Shown in pieces: positions 55,267-64,000 of a stretch of DNA of 64,000 bases. The DNA is taken from assembly GCA_043759535.1 (NCBI GenBank), contig JAYVLI010000020.1:7718-71717 (forward strand). The letters are read 5' to 3'. The notes beneath the pieces are model-generated. The model did no database searches and was not told the origin of the DNA. It saw nothing but the letters and a program-made list of their open reading frames with translations. Origin of the DNA: Betaproteobacteria bacterium (GTDB lineage: Bacteria > Pseudomonadota > Gammaproteobacteria > Burkholderiales > Burkholderiaceae_C). Every line of letters begins with the position of its first letter. The stretch's first letter is position 1. The translations under genes were made by a program, and so were the position numbers.

Positions 55267-55302
55267 TGCAGCCACGACGCGTGCAGCCACGACGCGTGCA
55301 GC
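55267..55302. repeat. 15-bp tandem repeat TGCAGCCACGACGCG, about 2.4 copies
   Basis: Read directly from the intergenic sequence. Confidence 0.85.
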
Positions 55303-55450
55303 AAGCCGCGCTGCGCTGCCCGCGTCGTGGCGCAACCGGCTGCGGACCCAAAGGCGACAGCCGGTGGTTGCCGCACGGCGTCAAATCCAGGACATGGATC
55401 GCGCAACTGTGCGCCACTGACCCCACCCACCCCAGCCCCCAGGAGACGCC

Positions 55451-56998
55451 GTGCTGCACCCGTACTTCCACGCCCAGGCCACACCCGATAAAGCCGCCGT
55501 CGTCATGGCCGGCACGGGCCAAGTCATCACCTACCGCACGTTGGATGATCGGTCCAACCAGGTGGCGCAGTTGTTTCGGGCGCTGGGTTTGCAGTCGGGT
55601 GAGCACATCGCGCTGATGCTGGAAAACCACCCGGCCTATTTCGAGATCTGCTGGGGCGCACAGCGCGCCGGGCTGATCTATACCGCCATGAGCACCCGGC
55701 TGACCGAGGCCGAGGTCAGCCACATCGTCAATGACTGTGGCGCCAAGGCGGTGATTGCGTCGCACGCGATGGCGCCGGCCGTGCAGCACCTGCCGGCGGT
55801 GTGCCCTGCGGTGGCGCACTGGTTGATGCTGGACGGTGATCTCACGGGTTGGACTGCCTACGCCCCTGCCGTGGCGGCCCAGCCGCTGGCGCGCATTGCC
55901 GACGAGCTGGCCGGTGGCGACATGCTGTATTCCAGCGGCACCACAGGCCGGCCCAAAGGGGTGTTTGTGCCGCCGCAGTCCACCGAGATTGACGCGCCCG
56001 GCCCCATGACCGACATCCTGACCAAGCTGTATGGCATGACGGCCAGCACGGTTTATTTGTCGCCCGCGCCGCTCTACCACGCCGCGCCGCTGCGCTACAC
56101 CATGGCGGTGCAGCGCCTGGGTGGCACGGTGGTGGTGATGGAGCACTTTGACGCCGAGCAGTACCTGCAGCTTGTGCAGCAGCACCACATCAGCCACAGC
56201 CAGCTGGTGCCCACCATGTTTGTGCGCATGCTCAAACTGCTGCCCGCCGTGCGGGCCAGCTACGACATGTCATCTCTGCGCTGCGCCATCCATGCCGCAG
56301 CACCTTGCCCGGTGCAGGTCAAGCAGCAGATGATTGACTGGTGGGGCCCGGTGCTGTGGGAGTACTACGCCGGCACCGAGGGCAATGGTGTGACCATGGT
56401 CAACAGCAGCGAATGGCTGACCCGCCCGGGCACGGTGGGCAGGGCCGTGATTGGTGAGCTGCGCATCGTGGACGACGACACCGGCGGCCTGCAGCCCACC
56501 GGCACCAGCGGCACGGTGTACTTTGCCAACGGCCGGCCGTTCGCCTACCACAACGACCCGGCCAAAACCGCCGGGTCCACCCACCCGCTGGGCTGGACCA
56601 CGCTGGGCGATGTGGGCTATGTGGACGCCGAGGGCTACTTGTTCCTGACCGACCGCAAGGCTTACATGATCATCTCGGGCGGGGTCAACATCTACCCGCA
56701 AGAGGCTGAAAACATCCTGATCAACCACCCCAAAGTGGCCGACTGCGCGGTGCTGGGTGTGCCCAATGCCGAGTTTGGCGAGGAGGTCAAAGCGGTGGTG
56801 CAGCCGCGTGATATGCGTGACGCCGGCCCCGAATTGGCGCAAGAGTTGATTGCGTTTTGCCGCCAGCACCTGTCACACATCAAGTGCCCCAGGTCGGTGG
56901 ATTTTGAGGCCGAGTTGCCACGCCATGCCACCGGCAAGCTCTACAAACGTCTGCTGAAAGACCGTTACTGGGCTGGCCACACGTCCAAGATTCTTTGA
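55451..56998 (+). CDS. AMP-binding acyl-CoA ligase, paralog of 40626-42194
   Basis: GTG start with AGGAG RBS. YSSGTTGRPKG, YAGTEG, MIISGGVNIYPQE and TGKLYKR. Confidence 0.92.
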   Translation: MLHPYFHAQATPDKAAVVMAGTGQVITYRTLDDRSNQVAQLFRALGLQSGEHIALMLENHPAYFEICWGAQRAGLIYTAMSTRLTEAEVSHIVNDCGAKAVIASHAMAPAVQHLPAVCPAVAHWLMLDGDLTGWTAYAPAVAAQPLARIADELAGGDMLYSSGTTGRPKGVFVPPQSTEIDAPGPMTDILTKLYGMTASTVYLSPAPLYHAAPLRYTMAVQRLGGTVVVMEHFDAEQYLQLVQQHHISHSQLVPTMFVRMLKLLPAVRASYDMSSLRCAIHAAAPCPVQVKQQMIDWWGPVLWEYYAGTEGNGVTMVNSSEWLTRPGTVGRAVIGELRIVDDDTGGLQPTGTSGTVYFANGRPFAYHNDPAKTAGSTHPLGWTTLGDVGYVDAEGYLFLTDRKAYMIISGGVNIYPQEAENILINHPKVADCAVLGVPNAEFGEEVKAVVQPRDMRDAGPELAQELIAFCRQHLSHIKCPRSVDFEAELPRHATGKLYKRLLKDRYWAGHTSKIL

Positions 56999-57038
56999 GG
57001 TGTTGGTGGGCTGACCGACCGGGCCATGCAGCGCTGTT

Positions 57039-58772
57039 TTAGCGCTGCAGGCTCACCAGCGCGGCGTCCTTGACCTGGCGCTTCAAGATCTTGCCCGACG
57101 GCGTACGCGGTAGCGGTGTGCTGCTGATGCGCAGGTGGGTGGGCAGCTCAAACGCCGCGAGGTGGAGAGGCAAAAACGCCTGCAGCGCAGCGGCATCCAG
57201 CGCCGCACTGCCGTACACGGTGGCGCCCACCACCTCACCCAAACGCTCATCCGGCACGGCGTACACCGCTGCCTCCAGCACGTCGGGATGCAGCAGCAGC
57301 GCAGCCTCCACCTGGCCGCAGCCGATGTTCTCGCCGCCGCGGATGATCAAATCCTTGATGCGGTCCACGATGAACAAAAATCCTTCGTCGTCCAGGTAGG
57401 CCACATCACCGGTGCGGAACCAATCGTCCACAAACGCCTGGGCATTGACCTCGGGTTGGTTCCAGTAACCGTTGAAGACGGAGGTGCCACGCACCAGCAG
57501 CTCACCGCGCTCACCGGCCGGCAGCGCCTGGCCCAACTCGTCCACCACCCGCAGTTGCAGCACCGCCGAGCAGCGGCCCGAGCTGGCCGGGCGGCCCAGG
57601 TAATCGTCGCCAAAAATGCCGGTGCCGATGCCGTTGGTTTCGGTCATGCCCCAGCCGGTGCCGGGCATGGCATTCGGGAAGGCGGTATCAATCTGCCGCA
57701 CCTGCTCTGGCGCCCGGGGCGCGCCGCCACCACCCACCACGGTCAGGCTGCGCAGGTCGTGCTGGCCGGCCTTGGCCACCCGCACCAGGTCACCCGTCAT
57801 CGCGGCCGGGGCCAACACCGAGTCCAGCCGCTCTTGGGCGATCAGCGTGGCCGCCAGGTCCGGGTCCCAACGGTACATGGCCACGGTGCGGCGCTGCATG
57901 CGGTAGCTGGACAGGCAACTGACATGCAGGCCGGAGACGTGGAACAGCGGCACGGCCAGCAGCGTGCCGGGCTGCACGGCGTCGGGCTGTGCAGCAGGGG
58001 CCAGGGTGCCCGCACTGCGGGCCATCAGCTCACTGGCCGCACGGTCCAGCTCCCAGGACAACAGCGCCGACAGGATTTGCCGGTGGGTGGACACCACACC
58101 TTTTGGGTGGCCGGTGGATCCGGAGGTGTAGAGGATGATGGCCTGCGCGTCAGGCGCTATCTGCACCGCTGGCATGGGCACTGCGCCGGCCTTGCCGATG
58201 GCATCCGTCAAGTCTTGCAGCCGCTGCACCGTCAAGTTGGGTGGCAATGGGCGGGATGGCCGCACCGCCAGCACCTGCAGCTTCGACACGGCGGTATCAG
58301 TCACTGCAGCCTGGGCCAACCGGTCCAGCCGCTCACTGTCGGCCAGCACCACCGAGGCGCCGCTGTCTTGCAGGCCGTAGGCCAACTCATCTGCCAGCCA
58401 GTGGCCGTTCATGGCCACCGCCACCGCGCCGATGGACGTGATGGCGGTGAAGGCCAGCACCCACTCGGGGTAGTTGCGCAGGGCAATCGCCACCCGGTCA
58501 CCGGGCAACACGCCACAGGTGTGGACCAGCACCTGGCCGATGCGCGCCGCATCGGCCCAGGCTTGCGCAAAAGTCCAGCGCTCATCTTGGTAGACCAGAA
58601 ACGGCAGGTTGGTGGCGGTGGCCTCAAACACTGCGCGCAGCGATGTGGGTGCGTTGACAAACACCCGCAGCGTGCGGCCGGCAATGACCTGCTCAGCCAG
58701 GGTGTAGGGCTGGCCGGGGCTGGTGAGGCTGTCCAGGGCTTGCTGGCGGGTGAGTGGGGTCATGGGGCTCAT
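57039..58772 (-). CDS. Long-chain acyl-CoA ligase
   Basis: YTSGSTGHPKG, WGMTET, WFRTGD and IIRGGENI. Confidence 0.92.
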   Translation of the reverse strand: MSPMTPLTRQQALDSLTSPGQPYTLAEQVIAGRTLRVFVNAPTSLRAVFEATATNLPFLVYQDERWTFAQAWADAARIGQVLVHTCGVLPGDRVAIALRNYPEWVLAFTAITSIGAVAVAMNGHWLADELAYGLQDSGASVVLADSERLDRLAQAAVTDTAVSKLQVLAVRPSRPLPPNLTVQRLQDLTDAIGKAGAVPMPAVQIAPDAQAIILYTSGSTGHPKGVVSTHRQILSALLSWELDRAASELMARSAGTLAPAAQPDAVQPGTLLAVPLFHVSGLHVSCLSSYRMQRRTVAMYRWDPDLAATLIAQERLDSVLAPAAMTGDLVRVAKAGQHDLRSLTVVGGGGAPRAPEQVRQIDTAFPNAMPGTGWGMTETNGIGTGIFGDDYLGRPASSGRCSAVLQLRVVDELGQALPAGERGELLVRGTSVFNGYWNQPEVNAQAFVDDWFRTGDVAYLDDEGFLFIVDRIKDLIIRGGENIGCGQVEAALLLHPDVLEAAVYAVPDERLGEVVGATVYGSAALDAAALQAFLPLHLAAFELPTHLRISSTPLPRTPSGKILKRQVKDAALVSLQR

Positions 58773-58796
58773 GGTGATGAATGGCGCAGCACCGGC

Positions 58797-59633
58797 TCAA
58801 CGCCCTTTGAACACCGGCTCACGTTTGTCCACAAAGGCGCGGGTGGCCTCACGGTGGTCCTCGGTCTGGCCGCAGTGGATGTGGTGGGTGGCTTCCAGGT
58901 CCAGGCAATCGTCCACGTCACCGGCCAGCGCGCGGTTGAGGTTTTCTTTCATGTAGCGCAGGGCCACGGTGGGGCCCTTGGCTAAACGTGCGGCGATCTC
59001 ACGGGTTTTGCTGGCCAGATCGTCTGGCGCTGTCACCCAGTTGGTCAGGCCCAGGCGCAGGGCGTCGTCGGCGCTGATGCGGTCGGACAAAAAGTACAGC
59101 TCACGTGCCTTGGCCGTGCCCACCAGTTGGGTCAAGAAGTACGTGCCGCCGTAGTCACCCGAGAAGCCCACCCGTGCAAATGCGGTGGTCAGGATGGCGG
59201 TGCTGGCCATGATGCGCAGATCACACGCCAAGGCCAGCGCCAGGCCGGCACCGGCGGCTGCACCGGGCAGCGCGGCGATGGTGGGTTTGGCCATCTTGAA
59301 CAGCTTGCCAGCAGTGGCGCGCTGGTTGATGCGCTGGCGGGCGATGGCTTCGTCGATGGTTGGTGCGCCCACCGTGCCGTCGCCCGACTTTGTGGATGAA
59401 GCGGCCATGCCCTTCACATCACCACCGGCGCAAAAGCCCTTGCCGGCGCCGGTGAGCACGATGCATTTCACGGCTGGGTCCAGCTCGGCGCTGGCCAGTT
59501 GCTGTTGCAGCGCCAGGTTCATGGCGGCCGACATGGCGTTGCGCGCCTCAGGGCGGTTCAGCGTGAGTGTCAGCACGCCGGCATCCAGCGTGGCCAGCAG
59601 GTCGGGGGTGCCGGTGTTGATGGCGGTGGTCAT
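58797..59633 (-). CDS. Enoyl-CoA hydratase/isomerase (crotonase family)
   Basis: LNRPEARNAM, FCAGGDV, AAGAG and FARVGFSGDYGG. Confidence 0.92.
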   Translation of the reverse strand: MTTAINTGTPDLLATLDAGVLTLTLNRPEARNAMSAAMNLALQQQLASAELDPAVKCIVLTGAGKGFCAGGDVKGMAASSTKSGDGTVGAPTIDEAIARQRINQRATAGKLFKMAKPTIAALPGAAAGAGLALALACDLRIMASTAILTTAFARVGFSGDYGGTYFLTQLVGTAKARELYFLSDRISADDALRLGLTNWVTAPDDLASKTREIAARLAKGPTVALRYMKENLNRALAGDVDDCLDLEATHHIHCGQTEDHREATRAFVDKREPVFKGR

Positions 59634-59654
59634 GGTGTGGGCTCCAGAGGTGGA

Positions 59655-60539
59655 TCAGCGGTACTCAAAATAGGCGTTGGATACCACGGTGCGCTCGCCC
59701 ACCCTGGCCTCAAACAGCAGCCGGCCCGGGCCGTCAAACCAGCCCACCAGCCGCAGCGTGTCACCCGGCAACACGGGCGACGAGAAGCGCACCCGCAGCG
59801 CCACAAAGCGTGCGGCGTCACCACCACACACGGCGCCCAGCAGCAACTGGCCGCAGTGGCCATAGGTACACAGGCCGTGCAGGATGGGTGCATCAAAGCC
59901 GCCAAAACGTGCCGCGTCGGGGTCAATGTGCAGCGGGTTGTCGTCGCCCGACAAGCGGTACAAGTGCGCCTGGTTGGCGGCGATATGGGCGGTCAAATCC
60001 ACGTCCGGTGCGCGTGTGGGCACCTCCAGTTTGATGGACTGGCTGCGGCCCCGGCCGTCAAACGGGGCGATGTCACCCAATGCCGCCACACCACGCCGAA
60101 ACGAGCCCGACACCAGCCGAACACAGACCTGGCCGCTGGCGTCCAGCACCTCGCTTTCCACCTCCACCAGCGCACTGCCTTTGCCGCGGGGGTGGACTGC
60201 CAGCAGGCGGCTGCGCACTTGCACTTGCACAGCATCCGTGCCGGGCAGCGGCAGCGGGGCCAGCAGCGTCAGGCAACGCTCGGCGTCGATGGTCAGCGGG
60301 CCGGGGGACGGTGGCAGCGCCGCTGCATCCAGCTGCAAACCGGCTCCACCCCAGCGGATGGCAAAGGTGGGGAAGACCACAAACTGCGGGTGGCGCTCGT
60401 ACACAAAGCGCAGGTCGGCGCAGCCAATGCCTACCGCATACAACAGCGCGTCGCGCTGGGTGTAGGGGATGGGCACAGGCGGGCCCCAGGGCCCGGGTTC
60501 GTCGGTGGGCAAGAGCGCGGCGGGGTGGTAGATAGGCAT
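59655..60539 (-). CDS. MaoC-like double-hotdog (R)-specific enoyl-CoA hydratase
   Basis: LLYAVGIG and the hydratase-2 motif YRLSGDDNPLHIDP...ILHGLCTYG. Confidence 0.9.
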   Translation of the reverse strand: MPIYHPAALLPTDEPGPWGPPVPIPYTQRDALLYAVGIGCADLRFVYERHPQFVVFPTFAIRWGGAGLQLDAAALPPSPGPLTIDAERCLTLLAPLPLPGTDAVQVQVRSRLLAVHPRGKGSALVEVESEVLDASGQVCVRLVSGSFRRGVAALGDIAPFDGRGRSQSIKLEVPTRAPDVDLTAHIAANQAHLYRLSGDDNPLHIDPDAARFGGFDAPILHGLCTYGHCGQLLLGAVCGGDAARFVALRVRFSSPVLPGDTLRLVGWFDGPGRLLFEARVGERTVVSNAYFEYR

Positions 60540-60758
60540 GGTCTTTTGTACGCCGGGCCGGCGGCTGGGCGCTGTGCCGGGCGTGACAGGCTGCGTGCCG
60601 TGCGTTGACCCGCAGCGGTGGCCAGCGCCGCTTCGGCACCGCTGCCGCGCAGGGTTTTCACCAGCCGCTAACGCCGATTTTGCTGTGTCTGAAAGGGCTT
60701 TTGCGCAGTAGAGTGCCTCGGCCTCGAGCATCCATCCAACGCCGATGAAAGCGACCCC

Positions 60759-62120
60759 ATGAAGCATTTGATGTCTCTCGCGGCGCTGGCCGCTGTGGCC
60801 GTGCTGACCGCCTGCGGCGGCTCGGACGACCCGGCACCGGGCCCCACAGCCACCGTGGCCAGTGCCGACAACCACATCGACATCGTGCGCTCGGATGCAC
60901 CGTCGCTGGCGCCTTACGGCAGCTTCAGCATCGGCGTCAAGACGCTGACACTGACCAACCCCAGCCAACTCGACATCGCCAAGGCCGTGGCAGGGTCAGC
61001 CACGCCCACCTACAACCGGCCGCTCACGGTAGAGGTTTGGTACCCCGCCAAGCTGGCCGCCGGCCAGGCCGCTGGCGGCGAGTACCGCGCCCTGACGCGT
61101 GACGGCAAGACCGTTGTCTCGCTCTACGGCAAGGCGGTGCGTGATGCCGCTGCCGATGCCAGCGGTGGCCCGTATCCGCTGCTGATCATTTCGCACGGCT
61201 ACCCGGGCAACCGGTTCCTGCTCAGCCACCTGGGTGAAAACCTGTCGAGCAAAGGTTATGTGGTGGTGTCCATCGACCACACCGACAGCACCTACGAGAA
61301 CATCGCCGCATTTGGCAGCACGCTGCTGAACCGCTCGCTCGACCAATTGTTTGTGCTCAACGCGATGGCCAGGCTCAACACCACCGACGCCACGCTCAAG
61401 GGCCTGGTGGATGCCAACACCACGGGCTTGATCGGTTATTCGATGGGCGGTTACGGCGTGGTCAACACCATCGGTGGTGGTGTCACGGCGGCCAGCGTGG
61501 CCTACCCGTGGGGAACGGCCAACGGCGCGCTGGCGGTACGCCAGCAGGGCAATGCCAGCTACATGGCGTCACTGGACAGCCGCATCAAGGCGGCGGTGGC
61601 GTTTGCACCGTGGGGCTTCAACTACGGCTTCTGGGACGCCACCGGCCTGGCCGGCGTGCGCACACCGGTGATGTTTGTTGCGGGCAGCGTGGACAGCACC
61701 TCGGGCTATTCACCCGGCGTGCGCAGCATTTATGAAGGCAGTGTCAACGCCCGGCGTTTTTTGCTGACCTACGAAAACGCCAACCACAACGCCGGCGCCC
61801 CGATCCCTGCGCCCAAAGAAACCCGGACCGCCGTGGCCAACCTCGACTTTGTGCCGTCAGAGCACTACACCGACCCGGTCTGGGACAACGTGCGCATGAA
61901 CAACATCGCGCAGCACTTCACCACTGCATTCCTGGGCAAATACCTCAAGAACAACGCCGCGATGGACAGCTACCTGAGCCTGGTGCCCAACGCAAAAGAC
62001 GGCGTCTATGCGCTCAACACCGACGGCACGCCCAAGGCCAACCACACCTACTGGAAGGGGTTTGCCAACAACACGGCGGTGGGGCTCAAGCTGGAGCAAT
62101 TGGCGCCTGCAGGCCCCTGA
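60759..62120 (+). CDS. Lipoprotein alpha/beta hydrolase (dienelactone hydrolase/PAF-AH-like)
   Basis: Lipobox LTAC, ISHGYPG, GYVVVSIDH, nucleophile GYSMGG and ANHN. Confidence 0.88.
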   Translation: MKHLMSLAALAAVAVLTACGGSDDPAPGPTATVASADNHIDIVRSDAPSLAPYGSFSIGVKTLTLTNPSQLDIAKAVAGSATPTYNRPLTVEVWYPAKLAAGQAAGGEYRALTRDGKTVVSLYGKAVRDAAADASGGPYPLLIISHGYPGNRFLLSHLGENLSSKGYVVVSIDHTDSTYENIAAFGSTLLNRSLDQLFVLNAMARLNTTDATLKGLVDANTTGLIGYSMGGYGVVNTIGGGVTAASVAYPWGTANGALAVRQQGNASYMASLDSRIKAAVAFAPWGFNYGFWDATGLAGVRTPVMFVAGSVDSTSGYSPGVRSIYEGSVNARRFLLTYENANHNAGAPIPAPKETRTAVANLDFVPSEHYTDPVWDNVRMNNIAQHFTTAFLGKYLKNNAAMDSYLSLVPNAKDGVYALNTDGTPKANHTYWKGFANNTAVGLKLEQLAPAGP

Positions 62121-62241
62121 CAGGGCGGGCCCTGCGCGCCGTGCTGTCCATGCGGGCCGCTTTTGGCGGCCACAAACCGCAAGCCGGGCCAGCAAGCCAC
62201 GGGCTATCCTGCAGCCCCAGCCACTGACCTGCACACCCGCC

Positions 62242-63054
62242 ATGGCCACCCCTTCTACCGCCGCTGCGCCGCCCTCTGCCGCTGATGCATCCCCCGCGCT
62301 GTACGCAGTGCATGGCCGCGCCGCTTGGATCACCCTCAACCGGCCGGCGCAGCGCAACGCCTTGTCGGCCGCGTTGGTCAACCAGCTCGATGCCCATCTG
62401 GCCACAGCCCTGGCTGACCCGGCGGTGCGCTGCATCGTCATCACCGGCGCCGGCCCGGGTTTTTGTGCCGGCGCTGACCTGAAAAGCCCACCCGGCCAGA
62501 TGATCGAAGGCAAGGCCGGTGTGTCATTGGCCGATGTGCTGGCCCGCATGCTGGACAGCCCCAAACCGGTGATCGCGGCGGTCAACGGGGCGGCGTTTGC
62601 GGGTGGCTTGGGGCTGGTGGGCGCGGCCGACATCGTGGTGACGGCCGACGACGCGCCTTACAGTTTTTCGGAGGTGCGCATCGGCGTCATCCCGGCGGTG
62701 ATCTCGGTCACCTGCCTGCCCAAACTGGGCAGCCACCACGGCATGAAATTGTTTTTGACGGGTGAGCGGTTCTCTGGCGCCCGTGCGGTGGAGATCGGCT
62801 TTGCCCACCGCGCGGTGTCGCTGGCGCAACTGCACAGCGCTGTGCAAGACGAGGTGGACGCCATCTGCCTGGGCGGGCCGATTGCCGTGGCCGAGTGCAA
62901 AAAGCTGGTGCGGCGCGTGCCGCAATTGCCACGCGCGCAGGCCTTTGCCGAAACTGCCGAGTGGAGCGCCCGCATGTTTCGCTCGGCCGAAGGGGCCGAG
63001 GGCATGGCCGCGTTTCGGGAGAAGCGCAAGCCGGCGTGGGTGCAGGGGGATTGA
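62242..63054 (+). CDS. Enoyl-CoA hydratase/isomerase (crotonase family)
   Basis: LNRPAQRNAL, FCAGADL, AFAGGLGL and SEVRIG. Confidence 0.9.
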   Translation: MATPSTAAAPPSAADASPALYAVHGRAAWITLNRPAQRNALSAALVNQLDAHLATALADPAVRCIVITGAGPGFCAGADLKSPPGQMIEGKAGVSLADVLARMLDSPKPVIAAVNGAAFAGGLGLVGAADIVVTADDAPYSFSEVRIGVIPAVISVTCLPKLGSHHGMKLFLTGERFSGARAVEIGFAHRAVSLAQLHSAVQDEVDAICLGGPIAVAECKKLVRRVPQLPRAQAFAETAEWSARMFRSAEGAEGMAAFREKRKPAWVQGD

Positions 63055-63172
63055 CGGTGCTTGCTGGTGCAGCGCGGGTTCGAGCCGCGTCATTCGCCAA
63101 TGGTGGCTGGCAAAGCCTGGTTGAGTAGCCGCCCGCAGCGTTGCCGCTACAGCGCCGGCAAACCGACCAAGC

Positions 63173-63700
63173 TCAAACCCGCTTGTAAAAAATGGTGGTG
63201 CCACACGGCGCGCCGTCCGGCATCAGCGCAAAGTGCGGCACCTCGCCCACCCGTTGCCAGCCGGCGCGGGCATACAGGCGTTCGGCGTCACCGCCGGTCA
63301 CTGTGTCCAGCACCAGCACGGTTTTGCCTACGGCGCGGGCTTCTGTCTCAATCGCGGCCATCAGCATGCGTGCCACACCTTGCCGGCGCGCGCTGCGGTG
63401 GACCAGCATCTTGGCAATGTCGGCGCGGTGGGGTTGGTTGTCGGGCTGGCTGGTGATCATTTGCACCGTGCCCACCACGCGGCGGGCAGCGTCCTCGGCC
63501 AGCAGCAGCACGCGCTCGCCGCGTGCCACGCCATCGGCCACGCCGCGCCAAAAGGCCAGGGCCTTGTCGCGTGCCAGCGGCCACATGAAGCTGACCGATG
63601 CACCGCCGGCCACGCAGTCGATCAGCACACCGGCCAGCGCGTCCACGTTGGCGGCGGCGGTTTGGGCGGTGGCGCGGTGGATGGTGACGCTGGGGCGCAT
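63173..63700 (-). CDS. GNAT family N-acetyltransferase
   Basis: DCVAGGASVSF, NQPHRADIAKMLV, ARRQGVA and AERLY...GW. Confidence 0.9.
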   Translation of the reverse strand: MRPSVTIHRATAQTAAANVDALAGVLIDCVAGGASVSFMWPLARDKALAFWRGVADGVARGERVLLLAEDAARRVVGTVQMITSQPDNQPHRADIAKMLVHRSARRQGVARMLMAAIETEARAVGKTVLVLDTVTGGDAERLYARAGWQRVGEVPHFALMPDGAPCGTTIFYKRV

Positions 63701-63892
63701 GCAATCTCCTGTCGGGGTGTTGAACGCCGTGTTGAAAACGCGGCTTGGGCATTTTCACCAACGCCGTCGATGCCGCCATCAACCGCACCACCACCTGTCA
63801 ACCCACCACCCGTCAACCAGTCGCCCAGGCGGCAGGCCGTTGTTGGCCACGCCGCTACGATGCCCACGGCACCCATGAACACCACCTTTTAG

Positions 63893-64000
<108 letters not shown>

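Noticed and set aside
57135-58985. Long antisense or alternate-frame ORFs (for example 8194-9714, 16946-18463, 19788-21239, 57135-58985)
   Set aside because: They overlap well-supported genes, lack recognisable motifs, and are expected from stop-codon scarcity in high-GC DNA.

Overview
High-GC betaproteobacterial DNA, most like Burkholderiales (Rubrivivax/Ideonella/Comamonadaceae-like gene content; taxonomy is inferred, not tested). All product calls come from motifs and remembered family signatures, with no database search. Left to right: (1) an 11-gene minus-strand nitrogen-scavenging operon for urea oligomers (BMP-type ABC transporter, atzG/atzE/atzH, formamidase, biuH, trtA, atzF), with a sigma-54 promoter and NtrC-like sites; (2) a PaaI/MarR/MFS module, a TPR protein and gshA; (3) a two-gene unit of a calcineurin-like metallophosphoesterase and a CHAT (caspase-like) protease, the best candidate for an undescribed conflict/defence system; (4) ggt, a VirK/YbjX-like gene, an orphan hcp with a basic histone-like tail, kynU plus a Bug protein, MazG-like, map, a RES-Xre toxin-antitoxin pair, and ribH2 behind an FMN riboswitch that lacks its 3' half; (5) many acyl-CoA ligases, hydratases and fadH; (6) a rep-origin-parA-parB replication/partition locus with iteron-like repeats and parS-like palindromes, plus nearby H-NS and HU-like genes, suggesting a chromid or megaplasmid origin. 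No rRNA, tRNA, CRISPR array, transposase or integrase was recognised.
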